DNA of 64,000 nucleotides from Podarcis tiliguerta. Lineage: Eukaryota. A program made the position numbers and the translations under genes. Within the stretch, counting starts at the first letter, position 1, and every line of letters begins with the position of its first letter. Below the pieces are notes generated by a model. That model searched no databases. It was not told where the DNA came from and was given only the letters and a program-made list of their open reading frames with translations. Location of the stretch: assembly GCA_965153285.1 (NCBI GenBank), contig OZ229111.1; one strand, given 5' to 3'. Shown piece after piece: positions 37,764 to 52,073 of this stretch.

Positions 37764-37956
37764 AGACAATCAAGGTACAGCACTGATGGGGTGAGGAGTA
37801 CAGGAAGTGAGTGGGACAAAAGTATCCGGAGTACGCAAAAGATGAAGTTGGTGCGGCGTAGTCAGCCAGGGTAGGGCACTGAAGGAGGCGGCAAGTACAG
37901 GAAATGAGTGGGTCAAAAGCACATGGAGTAGAGACAAGATAAAGCTGGTGTAATGC
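37764..37956. repeat. Diverged two-copy tandem duplication, period 96-97 bp
   Basis: Colinear shared blocks gcactga, agtacaggaa.tgagtggg.caaaag, ggagta and aagat.aag.tggtg in both units. Confidence 0.8.
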
Positions 37957-40900
37957 AGCAGAAAAGAATTGAGTTGGGGAGTCCTCAGTCCAAATCTCAC
38001 CTCAGCCACCCACAAACACAAAAGATGGCTTTGGGCCAGCCTTCTCAGCCTCATCCCCAAACCCCTATCTATAATAGAGGGATAGCAATGTGGGCTTACA
38101 CCACAGTGCTGCGGGAAGGATGGCAGAGATAATATGTGTGAAGTACTTTGAATGCGGTATGTAATTTCTAAGTATTATCATCAAAGTACAAAAAAACCCA
38201 ACCACCACCAAGTTAAGTCACTGGTTTTCATATGTGGGGTTGGAAAGGTAATTTACTCAGGAATGAGTGGGCAGTCATTAGAAGGAGCATGAGTGTGGGA
38301 GAAAAGGGGTGGGGAAAGGATTTCTTTCTTTATTCTCAATTCACCCAGCGCACATCAGTTTGCCAAAACAAACTATACGTCTCACTTAATTCTTCCTCCT
38401 CCTTTAGGACCTTAGTTTCTTGGTTTCTGCTGCTTTTGTTTAGCACACCAGTTTGTTGACCAACTTGGGTATGTTAGTTCCTAGAGAAGTTTTTTTCTCC
38501 TTTCCACCCCAACTTTCTATAGTTTAAAATATATCTATGTTAATTACCAACAAGAGACAGAATCTTAAATAGAATGAGCACTATCGCAACATTAGGTTGC
38601 ATTCTTATTGTGTTTGGAAAAAGTGTATGTTGCTTCTTTCTGACTGCAGGTTATGTTCAGCACCCCCCTCCCCAGGCTGGCTGAATGGCCTTCACGGAAT
38701 AATAATCTTTTAGGTGATATGGAAATTCCGCCACATGTGTTTGATCTGTGATGGTGGTTTCATGTATGAAAAGCATCGCTTGATATCACAAACACTCTAT
38801 ACATGAACCTGCGTGCAGGGTGAAAAGAGAACAAACTATGCAGGTGGTGGCAGTGGTTGTATCTACCTGAGAGACAGCTCTCTGTGGCCTCCAGCCAATG
38901 CTACAATATCACACAACTGATATCCAAAGCAGTATGGGATGTGGTAATACTCATTCAATGCATAAGCAGAGCCTCCTGGTTCCATTCTCCATCTGCAAAG
39001 ATGGGCTTTGGTCACATCCAGGAGGACGCTTTAGATTACGCTTCCCACTTCAGGGCAAAGTTCTTCCAACATGGTGATGTTCATTTGTGGAAGTGTTCCC
39101 ATTGGCTTCTCACATGAGTAAAAATCGCGAAATCAGAAACAAGTGGTAAGCCTCATCAAAATTCCCACGTTGCAATTTTAATCGCTGACTGGAATGAGCA
39201 GCCTTAATTATTTTTTTCGGTCTGTAAAAATGAATTAAGACAGCTCCTTTCTCTCACATAAGCCGCCTCATCATAAACTTAAGGATGCTGTGGATCTGCT
39301 TTGGCGCATGTCCAATCCATGAGAGTCCTTAAGCCATGGGCCTTCTACAGTCAGTCACACTGGGATGCTGTCAGCAGCCACAGCAACAAGCTTAACTTCA
39401 AGCCAGCCCATGCAACAGGGGAGCTTTCCGTCCTCAGGGTAGACTTGTGTTATGGCTTTTTATTCTAAGAATAAGTCTCTTGAGGTGCACTCACAGAGAC
39501 TTTCAAAGCCTCTTCAAAAGTCATGGGACTTATTCTGTGGGTATGTTCAAGGACAGCTGGATATAAGGTACTTTGTGTTATATTCCCTGAAGAGCCAAGC
39601 AAGATTTGAACTATCCTCATTCACCACTTCCTGCCAGACTTCAATATTTGCCCTTAGCTAAGCTTCTTGTAGGTTATAATTCGTTAACTCTTTTTATTCT
39701 TATGTTTTAGGTTTAATTTTCTCTGAATGCTGGTGGGCAATTTTAGATCCAAGAGACTAGATGTGTAGAGAACATGTTCAATTTGTAGGGAGCAGGAGAA
39801 TGAAAAATCTTCTGAGCCCAGGTCAAACATTCTCAACGTTTTCTGGGGTCTAAAGTGAAGCAGAATAATTCTCTAAGGGGCTTAAGATAACACATGTGCT
39901 AACTTCATGACATTTGCTAAGCACACTTCTTAACAGCCTTGGTGTTTGGCAGCATGCTTAACCATACCAGGTGCATTGCTTTGCCATTGCTTAGGAGCTT
40001 GAGTAGGGTGTGTGTGTTGGGGGGGGGGGAGAAATATGCAACTGGTAATTACTACTGTGAAACCATATCCAACTCCAGAAAGCTGTAAGGAGAAATTCTA
40101 TGAAAGAAACATTCTTTATATCTCTCAAGACATGTTTGTTCAGGAATACCCCACTGAGAGTGGATGCAAATGTCTAGGAAGGTCAGGTGGTATAAGTGTA
40201 GGACTGTGGAGAACCACCTGTTTGAAGGCCAAAGAGCTATGAGTGAAAGAAGTACAGCATCACAATGTCTTGGGAGTTGCTTGTTTGTGTGTCTGTTCCC
40301 AATCTATATAAAAGTACACCCTTAAGACTCAGTAATAAAAAGTGCTATCAGAGAGTTAAAGTGAAAGTAGTTCTTAAATGACAAGCTATAAAGCTGGTAA
40401 ATGCACATCCTAGCATTACCTTTACCTTTAAGGGTAGGAAGCACCTAACAGTTTTGTACTACTGACCGCATTCTCATGACACAATAAGCCAGGACTCCTG
40501 GCTGACCCTGTCTTACTGTGAAAGAGCAGCATGCTAGTACACACAACCTGTTCTTCCTTTGCATGAGTGGATAAAACAAACCAGGAGAGGGTATCTTATT
40601 ATGATGTGTGAACCCAGGATTCATGGAGTCAACTTTAACCCTGGCTTACATTTCTGTCTTGATTGAGAGTAGGCTCCTGGGTTCACATGCCACAATAACC
40701 ATATTTAAATAATGTTTTATGTCCCCATTTAAATTCCCCTAAAATGCAGACCAAGAAGGAAACTGGCTGTGCTTCCAATTCTACAATTCTATGATTCTGT
40801 GATAAGCTATCACATTCCAGTTAGCTTTATCTGCATATGAGAAAAAAGGGACAAAACAACAATAAGCTAGGGATCTTAGTTCATCTTGACATGTGAATGT

Positions 40901-41989
40901 GGCCACTATCTTATGTAAATCAGATATTTTTATTAACACAGAAACAAGCTGCATATATTCCATAGTTTATAGGATAAATGCTATCATGTGACACTGTGCC
41001 CACTACAATATGAGAAAGGAAACAAATTTACGTTGGAAATTTAAAGACAATATTATTATACTGTCATTATTCAACCAATGGAAATTGAGCCACAATACAT
41101 CAAACATCGCAGTGGCACATCTCTCACTTATTTTGATGGGCTCTTTGAAGAGATGTCATGCAGAAACCACTAGGAAAAAATGCTTTTGGTCCCAGTCGTA
41201 TCTAAATAGTCAGCTTAGGCACACCTCGACACTGTGAGGGGGTTGTGAAAGAAAATACCACTAAATGTCAGAAAAGCGTGTGTGACCAAGACCACAACTT
41301 GCTCTTGAACCCACATTAATCACTCAGGGCCAAACTTAGATGAGAAGCAGGAGGCCCATGATTAGGATCATACATGTTTTCAGGTTTTATTTTATTTTAC
41401 TAATTAGCAGCCTCACATGGTTGCCTTGAAGTCTAGGGAAGGGTTCTTCTTTGAGGAAGTGCTTGACCCCTTTCCACTTCCTGCAATGTCTCCATTCCAA
41501 ATCATCTAGCAAGCCAATCACCCACCAAGATCAAAGCACATTTGCCTTTGTAAGAAGCATTTTTTTAATCCCAAGGAGGAGGGCAAAAGCAGCAAACTGG
41601 AACAATTTTTGAGAGTCAAGTGGCCGGTAGGGAAGGGTTAAGCACCCCTCCTCCAGCTGCTTCTTTGCTCACAAGGGCCCCTAAATGCTGCTCCTAAAAG
41701 TAGAAATACATATGCCAGCAGCTTTGGTGCTTCAGAATAGCTTTCAGACATTCATAGGTGATGTGCAAAATGGATGAGGATGGCTGTGAAATACAGTTCA
41801 AGGGTGAATATTTGCAGTAGTCATTCTGACTTTCATTGATATGGGTAAAGTTTAGTGAGTTGACAATCCTATTATCAGCCTACCTTTTTTTTTAACCCAT
41901 AGGTTTTCTAAAATTATTCTCAGACGCCTCCCCTCCTCTCCCCCACTCCCTGCAAAGTAAATAGAGGAAGCTGATAGCATCGTGGTTAC

Positions 41990-42122
41990 CTTGTTTCTGG
42001 TTGATGTCAGCTGGCAGGTGTGGCGAATGGGAGCCATGGCTGAAATGTTCATTGCTGTATGGGATGAGTGGTGTGAGTGGATGGACACCATGGGACGGCT
42101 GCACTACAGGAACCTTGTTGGA
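41990..42122 (-). CDS. TCF7: TCF7 exon, 133 nt (most 5' exon found in the window)
   Basis: Acceptor gtatttttcag and donor GTAACC. Encodes [44 protein letters not shown] plus 1 nt. Confidence 0.96.
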
Positions 42123-45100
42123 CTGAAAAATACAAGTCAGAGGAGAGAGGGGCTTGAGAAATTTTAGCCTTTTGAGTTTCACAATTCATGAGGGTGGGGT
42201 GACAGAGAGACGGAGGCATCCTAAAATGAACCTTACCGATGGCTAAGTAAGTTTTAAAGTAGCTGTCTATGTCAGAAGCAACACAGGGGCTGTTCAGCAG
42301 GCAGTACAGAAGCCTTAGAGACAAATACATGAAAGCAAACACTCCAGCCTGGGTACGGCTGCAAGTTCTGAATCCAGGTCTGGCTCTGCTTTTGTTAGCA
42401 AGATGGTTGGAATGATAATGAATGGGAAACAGGTCCCATCAAAGGGGAGGATTCACAGGCCCATTTATCATGCCACTCTAATTGTCTAAATGTGCTGTGC
42501 TCTTGTGTGAAGCACTGGCCAAAGTCTAGAGATTGTTTCTGTGACATGGTCTTCCCAGATGAAGTGCTTATCTCCATCAGTATATCTAAACTAACATAAC
42601 GTACCACCTTTAGAGTGATATATTTTACTTTTACAGAGCTCATGGAAGCAGGCAAGCAGGCTTGCATGCATGGTGAAGATCACCATACAACCAAAGAACT
42701 ACAGGCTTTCAGGTGCATCTTGACAGCTTCTTGGGAAGTCTCATCTCACAACTACTGCAATCTTTAAAGAAGGGATGGGGAACCAGTGAGTACTCAGATA
42801 CTGTTGGACTCCCATCACCCTTAGTCAGTGTGACTGATGATAACTGTTAATAGGCACTGTAGTTAAGCAACTTCTGGGGGGTGGGATGTCTCCATCCCTG
42901 CTTTAAAAGCTTGCAGGCATGTTGCTGAAGTCACTGAATGGGTCTTTCCCATAGAACTCTCTGTAGAGTGATGGCACCATGGAAAGACCCATGTTGTTGC
43001 AGGCCTTTAAACATTGCAGCAGGCTGTGGGTGTGAGCCTATGGAAAAGGAGATCCCATGGCACTACTGCATGGTGTATAGAACACCAGAGTGTGGCAAGC
43101 ACACATGCACAACCTCTCAAACCCATGCTTTGTGGGCCACATCTGATGGGTCTCAGTTTTAGAGGACCCACTTAGAGGAATTATTTTGAATGGGGAGTAT
43201 CCACCAGTGCTTTTATGTGAAGCTACTTCACGTTAAGAAGTTATTCTTCAGTCTTAGGGTCCGTAAATGCAACATGCAGGCCTTCACTCTGGGAATTTCA
43301 GCTCATTCATAAGGAATGTGTCAAACAAGCATACAACATTCAGCTTCTACGTTGCACCTTCCAAAGGAGGACGACATGATATAGCAGCTGATTCGTCTAA
43401 GGTTATTATTATTATTTAAAAGCAAGAACTGGAAGAGAAGACTAGACCATGAACCGTCAACCCTTTTCTGACAAACACAGAGGAGCTTGTTTTAAAAGCA
43501 ACATATGAAGAAGCAGTTTTGCTTCTTTCCTGACTGCCTCAAGCATTTCTGCCATTTCATACTTGCCCAGTTTCGCCCACAGTTGCCTTTAAATTGACAC
43601 TGACTTCACCAGAACTGGAAAAATCAAATTTGTCACTCAGAAACAGAGAAAAAACTCAGAAAATAATCTCATGAGGAATAATAAAGGTAGGATCAGTAGA
43701 GGCAGGGATCTCATTCAGTGTTAAAAGTGGAGCACCGCACATGTTCTACATGGAAAAACACTTCCAGAAAGGAAAGGAAAGGAATGAACCTGCGATTGAT
43801 AATGTCATGCATATGTTTTGTGGACTGTACACACGATAACAAGAAGTTGGTGCTAATAACTCCTGCTTCTGAGGACCTAACTATATGTTATGGAGTGTAT
43901 GAAACCGCTATCTATCTGCATTTCTCCCAGAACATCTCCCCATTCAATTTTATAAAAATAAATATGAAGGGACATCATTGCATTTAGTTTTCTGAAGCCT
44001 TTTGCAAACAGCACCCAGTAAACTGGAATGGGATAGAGAAATGCTCCCGAGGAAGACATCAGCTGTGCATGTGCTGCCGAAATACACATGTCCCACCATC
44101 ACTAGAGTTATAACTAGAGTCAGGAGTTAGAGCCCATGGAAAATGCTCTGTTCATTCTGAGATATGCAACCACTGCATGTGCTGCCACCAAATCATACAT
44201 GATTATCAGGCCACAGCAGATGGTAACACAATGCAACTGTGCCACAACAGTAGCGGGGGGGGGGGGGGGGAGAGACAGGAAATAGCCCTATTCTCAGACC
44301 TACATTTTATTTATCTAACCAAATCTGTACCCTGCCTAACTGTAAATTAAACCTCTACGCGGCTTTATGGTTAAACATATTTTTTTAAACAAATGAAACA
44401 CAGACAAACAAAGGCAGGCAACCCCCTAAACTTCAGTTTTCACATCCCTGCCCCTCCTATTTTTTAAAAGAATGAAATTTAGGGGGTTGTTTACTTCTGT
44501 GAAATGGATGGAATAAAGAGGCCACCTGAGTCCTGTTTGGACTGTGTGCAGCCATATTGAAACCTGGAGTCCTGAGCCTTGCTTCTGAAGTCTAAAGTTG
44601 AGAAGGCCAAACTCTGAGCAACCTGGTCAGCCTAGAAAGGCTTTATGCTGCTGCTATTCACATAGCCAATGATTTACACTCCTTGCATTCACTTCTGTGC
44701 CTCACGAGGTTCAGGTTCAAAGCACGAAGTTCTCCAGAAGTCCCGAAATGCTACTGCAGCCACGTGTGCAGCCAGTGCAACCCCATATTTGCTTGTTTGA
44801 ATCATAAAAGCTTTTCTATGAAGCTCCTTAACCAGCCAAGCAAAATAGCTGGTTTCTACCACTGCTGGCTTGGCTTGAGAATACCAAGCACTCTCAGGTC
44901 TTTGGCCTTCTGGAGCCGACACTGGGAACTAGCAGCCAGCACAACTCTCCCCATTGTACCCAGGGTGCCTCTGGATGGGTGATTATTCTGGGAATGATTT
45001 TTTTTTTTTAGGGTTCAAAAATACCAGCCCTAACCCCTACCCCCATCAAATTCAATTGGGATTTACCATTTACATGGAAAAACTAGTAAGTTTTTAAAAA

Positions 45101-45902
45101 ACCAAACTGTTGCCAATGACCCATTTACAGCGACTCATCTGCAATAGTAAACCCCTGTCTAGCTGCACCCCCAGAGGCAGCAGGCCAGGAGGTGGTTAGG
45201 CAAATTAAACATCAGTGGGTATTAAGTGGCTAAATGCTCACTGAACTGCAACCAAGGAGAAAGCATCCCCTAAGCTAGGAATGTGAGCACGATGTTCCTG
45301 AAGTGAGAAACGAGGTCTCCCACTTGATTTTATAACTGTTCATACTGTACTCTCAAACATACCAGCCCTATAAAATTAGAGCACTAGTAGTTAATCTCAT
45401 TGTAGTGAATCGAGCTTAACATCTCAGCCAGGGCTAGCCCAAGGTTGTCTTTTTTCCTGCTTTCCTAAGAAAACTCTTTATATTCCAAACAGCACAGCAA
45501 CACATGACATGATGAGCTAGCTGTGATACTATGAGCTTATTTGGTTATTTATGCCCATTGCTTCTTTTCCTTCCCCTTGCCACTTTTTTCCTATGCCACA
45601 AACAGCTAATGGACATCAGAAGGCTTCCTACTGTCTCCTCCTGGACAGAAAGGAATATCAACCAGCCAGAGATGCCTTTGTGCACCTCTCCTCCATAAGT
45701 GCAAACAATGGCTTCTCTCCCCAATGCATTATAGAACCAAGACAGGCAGCTCTGAAATTGAGTCACCCTGATGATTGCCTAGTTCGCCTCCTTGGTTGGG
45801 CCAGCTCCGATTCCAACTGTGAATGCATTTACTCAGAAGTAAGAGCTGGTTAATGCAACACCACCTTTTATGCCTGCACTAGCAATTCCAAAGGCTTTTG
45901 GG

Positions 45903-45975
<73 letters not shown>
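45903..45975. repeat. (TCTG)n(TCTA)n compound microsatellite
   Basis: Direct reading. Confidence 0.95.
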
Positions 45976-45977
<2 letters not shown>

Positions 45978-46133
45978 AGACTGTTAGATTTTTACTGCCA
46001 AGGAGGAGGAAGGTAATTGTGGATTTTCTGCCTCAAGTACCAAAATAGCTTGAAATTTAACTTGGGGTGCCACCTACAGTTCTGCAAAACATCTTGGGCC
46101 AGCCCTGCCAACAGTCTGCCAAACATGCATGTA

Positions 46134-46359
46134 CAGTGGTACCTCGGGTTACGTACACTTCAGGTTACAGACTCCACTAACCCAGAAATATTACCTCGGG
46201 TTAAGAACTTTGCTTCAGGATGAGAACAGAAATCATGCAGTGGCGGCGCAGTGGCAGCAGGAGGCTCCATTAGCTAAAGTGGTGCTTCAGGTTAAGAACA
46301 GCTTCAGGTTAAGAACAGACCTCCAGAACAAATTAAGTACGTAACCAGAGGTACCACTG
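46134..46359. mobile_element. Tc1/mariner (pogo/Tigger-like) MITE, copy 1, orientation A
   Basis: TIR cagtggtacctc, TA flanks, 226 bp. Confidence 0.9.
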
Positions 46360-47223
46360 TATTGGCATAAACATAATATGTGATTTGGGTAATCATCCAT
46401 ATGTAAGTTCTTCTATGCTGGTGCTTTACTTCTCAGCTAATGGCCATGTCAGCACAGATAGTCCGAAGTGGCATATCTAGCTGGAGCATTCAATCACAGA
46501 AGAGTGGTGGTAGGGTCATATAAGCAAGGCCATAAAGATAGGTCTTTGGAAATGTTAAGAAATGCGCAGGTAGTCAGGGCCACCTAGCCAGCAGCTTTAA
46601 AACTACTCTAGAGTGCATGAGTGCTCTTCTTGACCAATCCTGATGGGTTATTCTCTTAGAAAAAGCACAACCTTCCATTTGAAAAGATAACCCTATCAAA
46701 ACCTTTTTTTTTGTTTATGGCATGTGGTTAATTCATAATCAACTTAATTGTGAAACTATTCAGCACAAGATTTTCATTAAATTGCAGACATTTTATTCCA
46801 AAGCCTTGCCATCACATTTTTTTAAGTATTTAAGGTGCCCCAAGATTCTTTTCTAGTTTGCTGCAAAAAGACTAACATCAATATACCTCTCTGAAGGGTT
46901 GCAGATTTATTTGTGTGGTGTTTTTTTTAAAAAAAGCTTAGATTGAAGAGATTCCTTTCTTATTAAAACCCCCCAATTTTTATTAGTTTTTAAACAAATA
47001 CGAATACAAGGACGATTAAACATTTATCCAGCAGTACATCTAATGGTGTTTGTTTTATTCATTGACTCAAGACATAAACTTACACATTCAATGTTCAAAC
47101 ATATTACTTAAGGTAACCTCCCCACTGAGAATATTTAGTGGTTGGAATAACAAGGTCAAGGAGATTCTTAATAAAAAGTATGTTATTGCTAAAATGCAAA
47201 TTGGGCTTAAAATCTGAAATGTT

Positions 47224-47262
<39 letters not shown>
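47224..47262. repeat. (TAAG)n microsatellite
   Basis: Direct reading. Confidence 0.95.
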
Positions 47263-47263
<1 letters not shown>

Positions 47264-50200
47264 TACACCCAACCCTCTCATTCTTTACAAGACTGCCTCA
47301 ACAGCGAGTCCCTGACAGGCTCTTCTCTTAGTCTCTTGGTAGATCGGGCGATTCCTTAATTCTCTGTGGATACAATCCAAGTAAAGTTTTCTTGTGGACT
47401 TCAGCAATTTAAGACTTGGCACTCACACCTTTTAGGCAGCCCATAAGAAGTTAACTGCTAAATTAAGTACTTGGCACACTCCCAAAGTTCTTGTGGACAC
47501 ACACCTGCAAATTTCATTTTTTTACCAGATACATAATGCCTTTCTTTTCTTTTTAAAGAGATAAGCAGGTACTACCCTAGTCAATCAAAAATACACCCAT
47601 TCTAACCACAAAGTTCAAATGACATAACAGTAAAGAGGCTTTTGACTTCCGTGGTGAACCTCGTACCTTAGCTGGGTCTGCAAAAGGGGTGTGTGCTTCT
47701 ACTGGAAAAGCCACCTGCAAGTCTGAGAAATGTCTCTTGTGTTTTGTAAATTTTGTACTCAGGTTCTCAAGAAAGCCAGTTTTCTAAAGAAAAGTGCACA
47801 AGCAACACACATCTCTTAGAGCAGAAATGTGCGCATGAGGAAAAAATGCTGCATTTGCAAAAAGTTTAAGTCAAGGAATGGTCGTCATCGCCCCCATATT
47901 TAACACCATATGTTATTATACCTTGTTCATAGTACATGCTGGTTTTATATTGGGCAGCATTTTGAGATCCAGAAAATAATGACAGTTTGCTAAAGTACCT
48001 CGCTTCTTCACAAATTTAACACTGGATGAATCCAAAAGTGGACACTCGGTCCTTCCTAAACCTTGTCCTGCCTCACAGACTTAAAGGTTTATCTGCCTCT
48101 ATAATCTTATCAAGTATGGCTATAAATAGACTCAGTTCACACAATAATGTTGTCAAAACTTAGTGTGAATGAGCAAACGTGTGGGTTTGGTCCTGCTGCT
48201 AAGCTGGAGATTGGTTTAGGGTCACAGCCAAACCCAGGTTCATGGTTCATATTTCCCAGACAAACCATGAGTGGTAAGCAAAGAACAAACTGTGGTTACA
48301 GTTTGTGGCTCACCTGGAATGAGATCTATCATAAGCCCCAGTTTGGGCATAATGCTGTGTCAAACCACCCCTTACCTGTAGGTAGGGCAGCGACTACAGG
48401 ACCAAGGAAAGAGTGCAGCAGCCGCAATCTTTCCTCCAGTGTTTATTTCTGCAACCGACAGAGGACACACAGATGCCAATAACTGAGAACTGCCCCTTAG
48501 TTTTGCCTTTTGGAAGCATCCTTAAATAGGAGGGCAATCCCAAGACATGTTGTTATCTGTGGCAGTTTCTTTTCATACACAGAACTAACTGACTGGGCTG
48601 GCAGTTGAACACAGGTGACCAAGACACCCTCCACCGAACCTGAGGGCAAAGGCATAACTTGGTAAACACAGCTTTTTCCTCAAACATCTTGCCATCACTC
48701 CACACACACATACCCTGGCATCCACCACCTGAGGCAGCTGCCTCACTTGACCAAATTGCAGGGCCAGTTCATATTGCTTTCAGAAATGGAATGAACTAAG
48801 TTATTTTTGTTTTTTGCCATTGTGATTCATATTCTGTAACCCTGTGGATGTAGTATGAGAAAAGAGATGTAAGCAAATGTTGAGGTTACTTATTAGCCTA
48901 AAGAAAGCAGAAAACAGCTATTGACCACAGACAACACCTACACTGAGAGCATCCTTCTTGAGTTTGTACCTTGCATTTGATGAGGCAATTATTCTTTGGG
49001 GATGGCAAAGCTAATGCAAATTTCATTGGCACAGGTGATGTTCATCCACATGTTTCAAAGTAAAGTTAGACTAGGACGAACATTCTTATAAATGAGTAAT
49101 GCAATATATTTACTTGTAACCATCCCTTGCTCATGTGTTCTCTGTCACTAAAGGAGAAACATCAGAACTGACCCCGAGATGACCTGGCTCCTAAACTTCC
49201 CCCCCAAGGTTTGCCAGAGTATGCTGCTCCATGTCTTGATAAAACTGGGCAAAGATATTATCAAAACTGTCCAAGTAGGCAAAGACAACTGAGTAAATAT
49301 TTTGGGAGGGACTGGACAGTTTATTTGCTTCCCCAACTCATTAAAAAAAACAATTTAAGGAAGGAATAAAACATCTTTTATAAGCATAAGCAAGGCAAAG
49401 GCCTTCCACAACCAGACCTTTTAATGCAGAGAAAGAGTTGCTATCTTGAAGCAGCAGAAGTCAAAATCTGGCTTTGTGTGAATGTGGCCAACAAGTGAGC
49501 AATACCTGTTCCATTTCTGCAAGCATATCTTGTACCAATGCCAGCTGCATAGTTTCTTTCACCTTGAAAAGCTAAAGATTATTTACTCCTCTGATGCAGA
49601 TGCACAGGAGAAGGGGCTAAAAGTGGATGCCTGCCTTCCCATACCAAGATAATGACAGAAAAGGAACCCAGAAGGATGGCTTAGTTAGCAGACATCAATG
49701 TTCCTGCTAGAGAAGCTGGCTGGGCTACATTGTTTTTGACACTGCAATGTTCATAGCTCCATTTCTCTTGTGGTCCAGGGCCTCCACGCCCTCAGCAAGC
49801 TCCTAGTAGCAATCTTTGGCCACTGGTGAGGCCACTGCGGAAACACCCCACTAAGTTTTGATATGACTTGCTGTGCACTATTCCCAACCAAACATTGTAC
49901 ACAACTTTGCTGCTGCTGCTAAGCAAATTACCATTGTGGTTCTTGCACTCAGGCAAGTGTATCAACTGGTGGTATGCTAGATTAGTCATTTCACCCCCAA
50001 AACTTTCCCAGTTTGCTAGCCCCCAAAAGAGCTATTAAAAACAAAAAGAAGAGTGGCTGAGTCTATCAGCTTATACAAGAAGGGAAAGTATTCTACACAA
50101 AAGAGAAAGGAGTGCTAACTCTGTGGCACTGTAATGTTGACAATGTGAGCGCTTTTGGGTAGGTTTGCTGGAAGCTACTGGATTCTGGAGACAGCTAGGA

Positions 50201-50589
50201 AAGTTCAGGAACAAAAAGAGCTATGGATCAAAGAGTATTTTGGAGATGGGACAAACAATGGTGGGCAAGGGAGGGAAGGAGAAAGAGCCACCCTAACATT
50301 TTAGTAAGGCATCTATTTACAGCTTTCTTGAGCCCTAACTTGAGAATTTGCAGTTTAAAAAAAAGAACTTTGGAAGTGTTGTGGCATCTGCAGGGATCTT
50401 AAATGGCAACCACCTTTCATTACTGCACTTATCCTGTCACTATATTTCATAGCTGAAACTTAAGGTTGACAGAATTCTACTAGTGAACTCTACTAGAAGT
50501 TTCATACAGTGGCCCACATCCAAAAGGAACCATGGACAGGGCTGGGATATGCATCTCAAGCTCATGGTTGCAGCCACCTGCACTTAAAC

Positions 50590-50727
50590 CAGGCATAGGC
50601 AAACTCTGCCTTCCAGATGTTTTGGGACTACAACTCCCATCATCCCTAGCTAACAGGACCAGTGGTCAGGGCTGATGGGAATTGTAGTCCCAAAAAAACA
50701 CCTGGAAGGCACGTTTGCCTATGCCTG
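50590..50727. mobile_element. Palindromic hAT MITE
   Basis: TIR caggcataggcaaac, TSD acttaaac/ccttaaac, internal arms gggactacaa...ttgtagtccc. Confidence 0.85.
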
Positions 50728-51342
50728 CCTTAAACTGTCAAACTACAGCTGCTCACCAAAGGCTACTGCAAATTGTACCAAGAGAGCAAGTTCCCCCTCC
50801 AAAATGGGCTTAGAACTTTTCACATCAGCTTTTAAAATGTTGCTTTCTGTACATGTCACAGAATATGGCAAGAGCAATGTCAGTAACTCCTTTGAACCCG
50901 CTATCAGGATGTGATCAACATCTAGTCATTTCAGAGTTCGGTGGACTGTTTCTGTTTTCTCACTTTTGCTGTAGACAAGATTGCTTCAGCCCACTGCCAT
51001 AACAAAAAGGAAATAAGGGAAAGTTAATACCACCTACGCTTGGGGTTTTATTATTGCTGGTTCCTTCCCACACTGTCCTTGCCATGAGATCTGAATTCAG
51101 GAGAAGTATCTTTGATGCTATTTATGTCTGACCACATTATAGCAGAATACGTAAGCTTTTCTCTGACACTGGGTACATGATTAGCCCGATAAGAGCAGTT
51201 ATACGCAACTGAGCCCGAAACTTACGTATAGGTTGAGCCTGCGACTTGCTGGGTCAGCAAATAAATAACGTTTTGGCATTTAAAGGCTGCACTCAGACAA
51301 AATGTCACAACTAGCCTCATTCAGCTTATGAAGTGGAGGCAG

Positions 51343-51618
51343 CAGGCCCAGACAGAAGGGAGGGGGCAATATGGGCCACTTGGCCTCTGATTCCAAAGGG
51401 GGCCTCGGTCAGCATATTTATCTATATTTTCCATTTTGTCTTTATATGCAGATACAGTTCAAGCCTTGAAATAAAATTATTTGTCAGCATAACTTTTGTG
51501 AAAATTACTTATATACTTACTTATTTATAAGACTTCAGTTATCCCCAGGGTAAAAAAAAAAGGGGGAGGGCACATTATCTACCTGGCCAGTGCCTCCGCC
51601 TGGCTCTGCAAGGCCCTG
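51343..51618. mobile_element. Non-autonomous hAT element
   Basis: Perfect 8-bp TSD ggaggcag (51335-51342, 51619-51626) and ends caggccc / ggccctg. Confidence 0.7.
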
Positions 51619-52073
51619 GGAGGCAGGCAACAGTCATCATAACATGCAAAGTTTTTATCACAGTGAAGAAAGGAGGGCCAGTGTGTGTACAGAAGAATGA
51701 ACTGGTGGTGTTTTGTTAATGCATGGGTGCATTGCATGCTTTAAGTACTGCAGGGCAAAATTACGATAGAGACTTGTGCAGTCAACGGACGAAACTGTAG
51801 TCTAACAGAAGTTGCATAGGGAGATAGGAAGCAGCCCTTGGCCCATCTAGTTTCCTACAATGATTGACAGTGGCAATTCCACAGCCCTCTCGGGAGATGC
51901 TGGAAACTGAACCTGGTGTGCAAATCATGTGCTCTGAGCACTGGGCAGCAGTCCATTCCGTAAGATGTCACTATAGTGACAATGACATAAGAAGATGCTC
52001 TTCACACATATCACAGCTCTGCACAACTGGAGTGTTGGAGTGTGGGTCTGAAACCAGCAGAAAAGGATGCTAA

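Noticed and set aside
8874-42122. Calling the minus-strand gene LEF1 or TCF7L2
   Set aside because: SKP1 adjacency, the KKPTIKK and VIAEC HMG residues, a single CRARF exon with FGLNQQ, and DNSLH/GGKR tails all fit TCF7.
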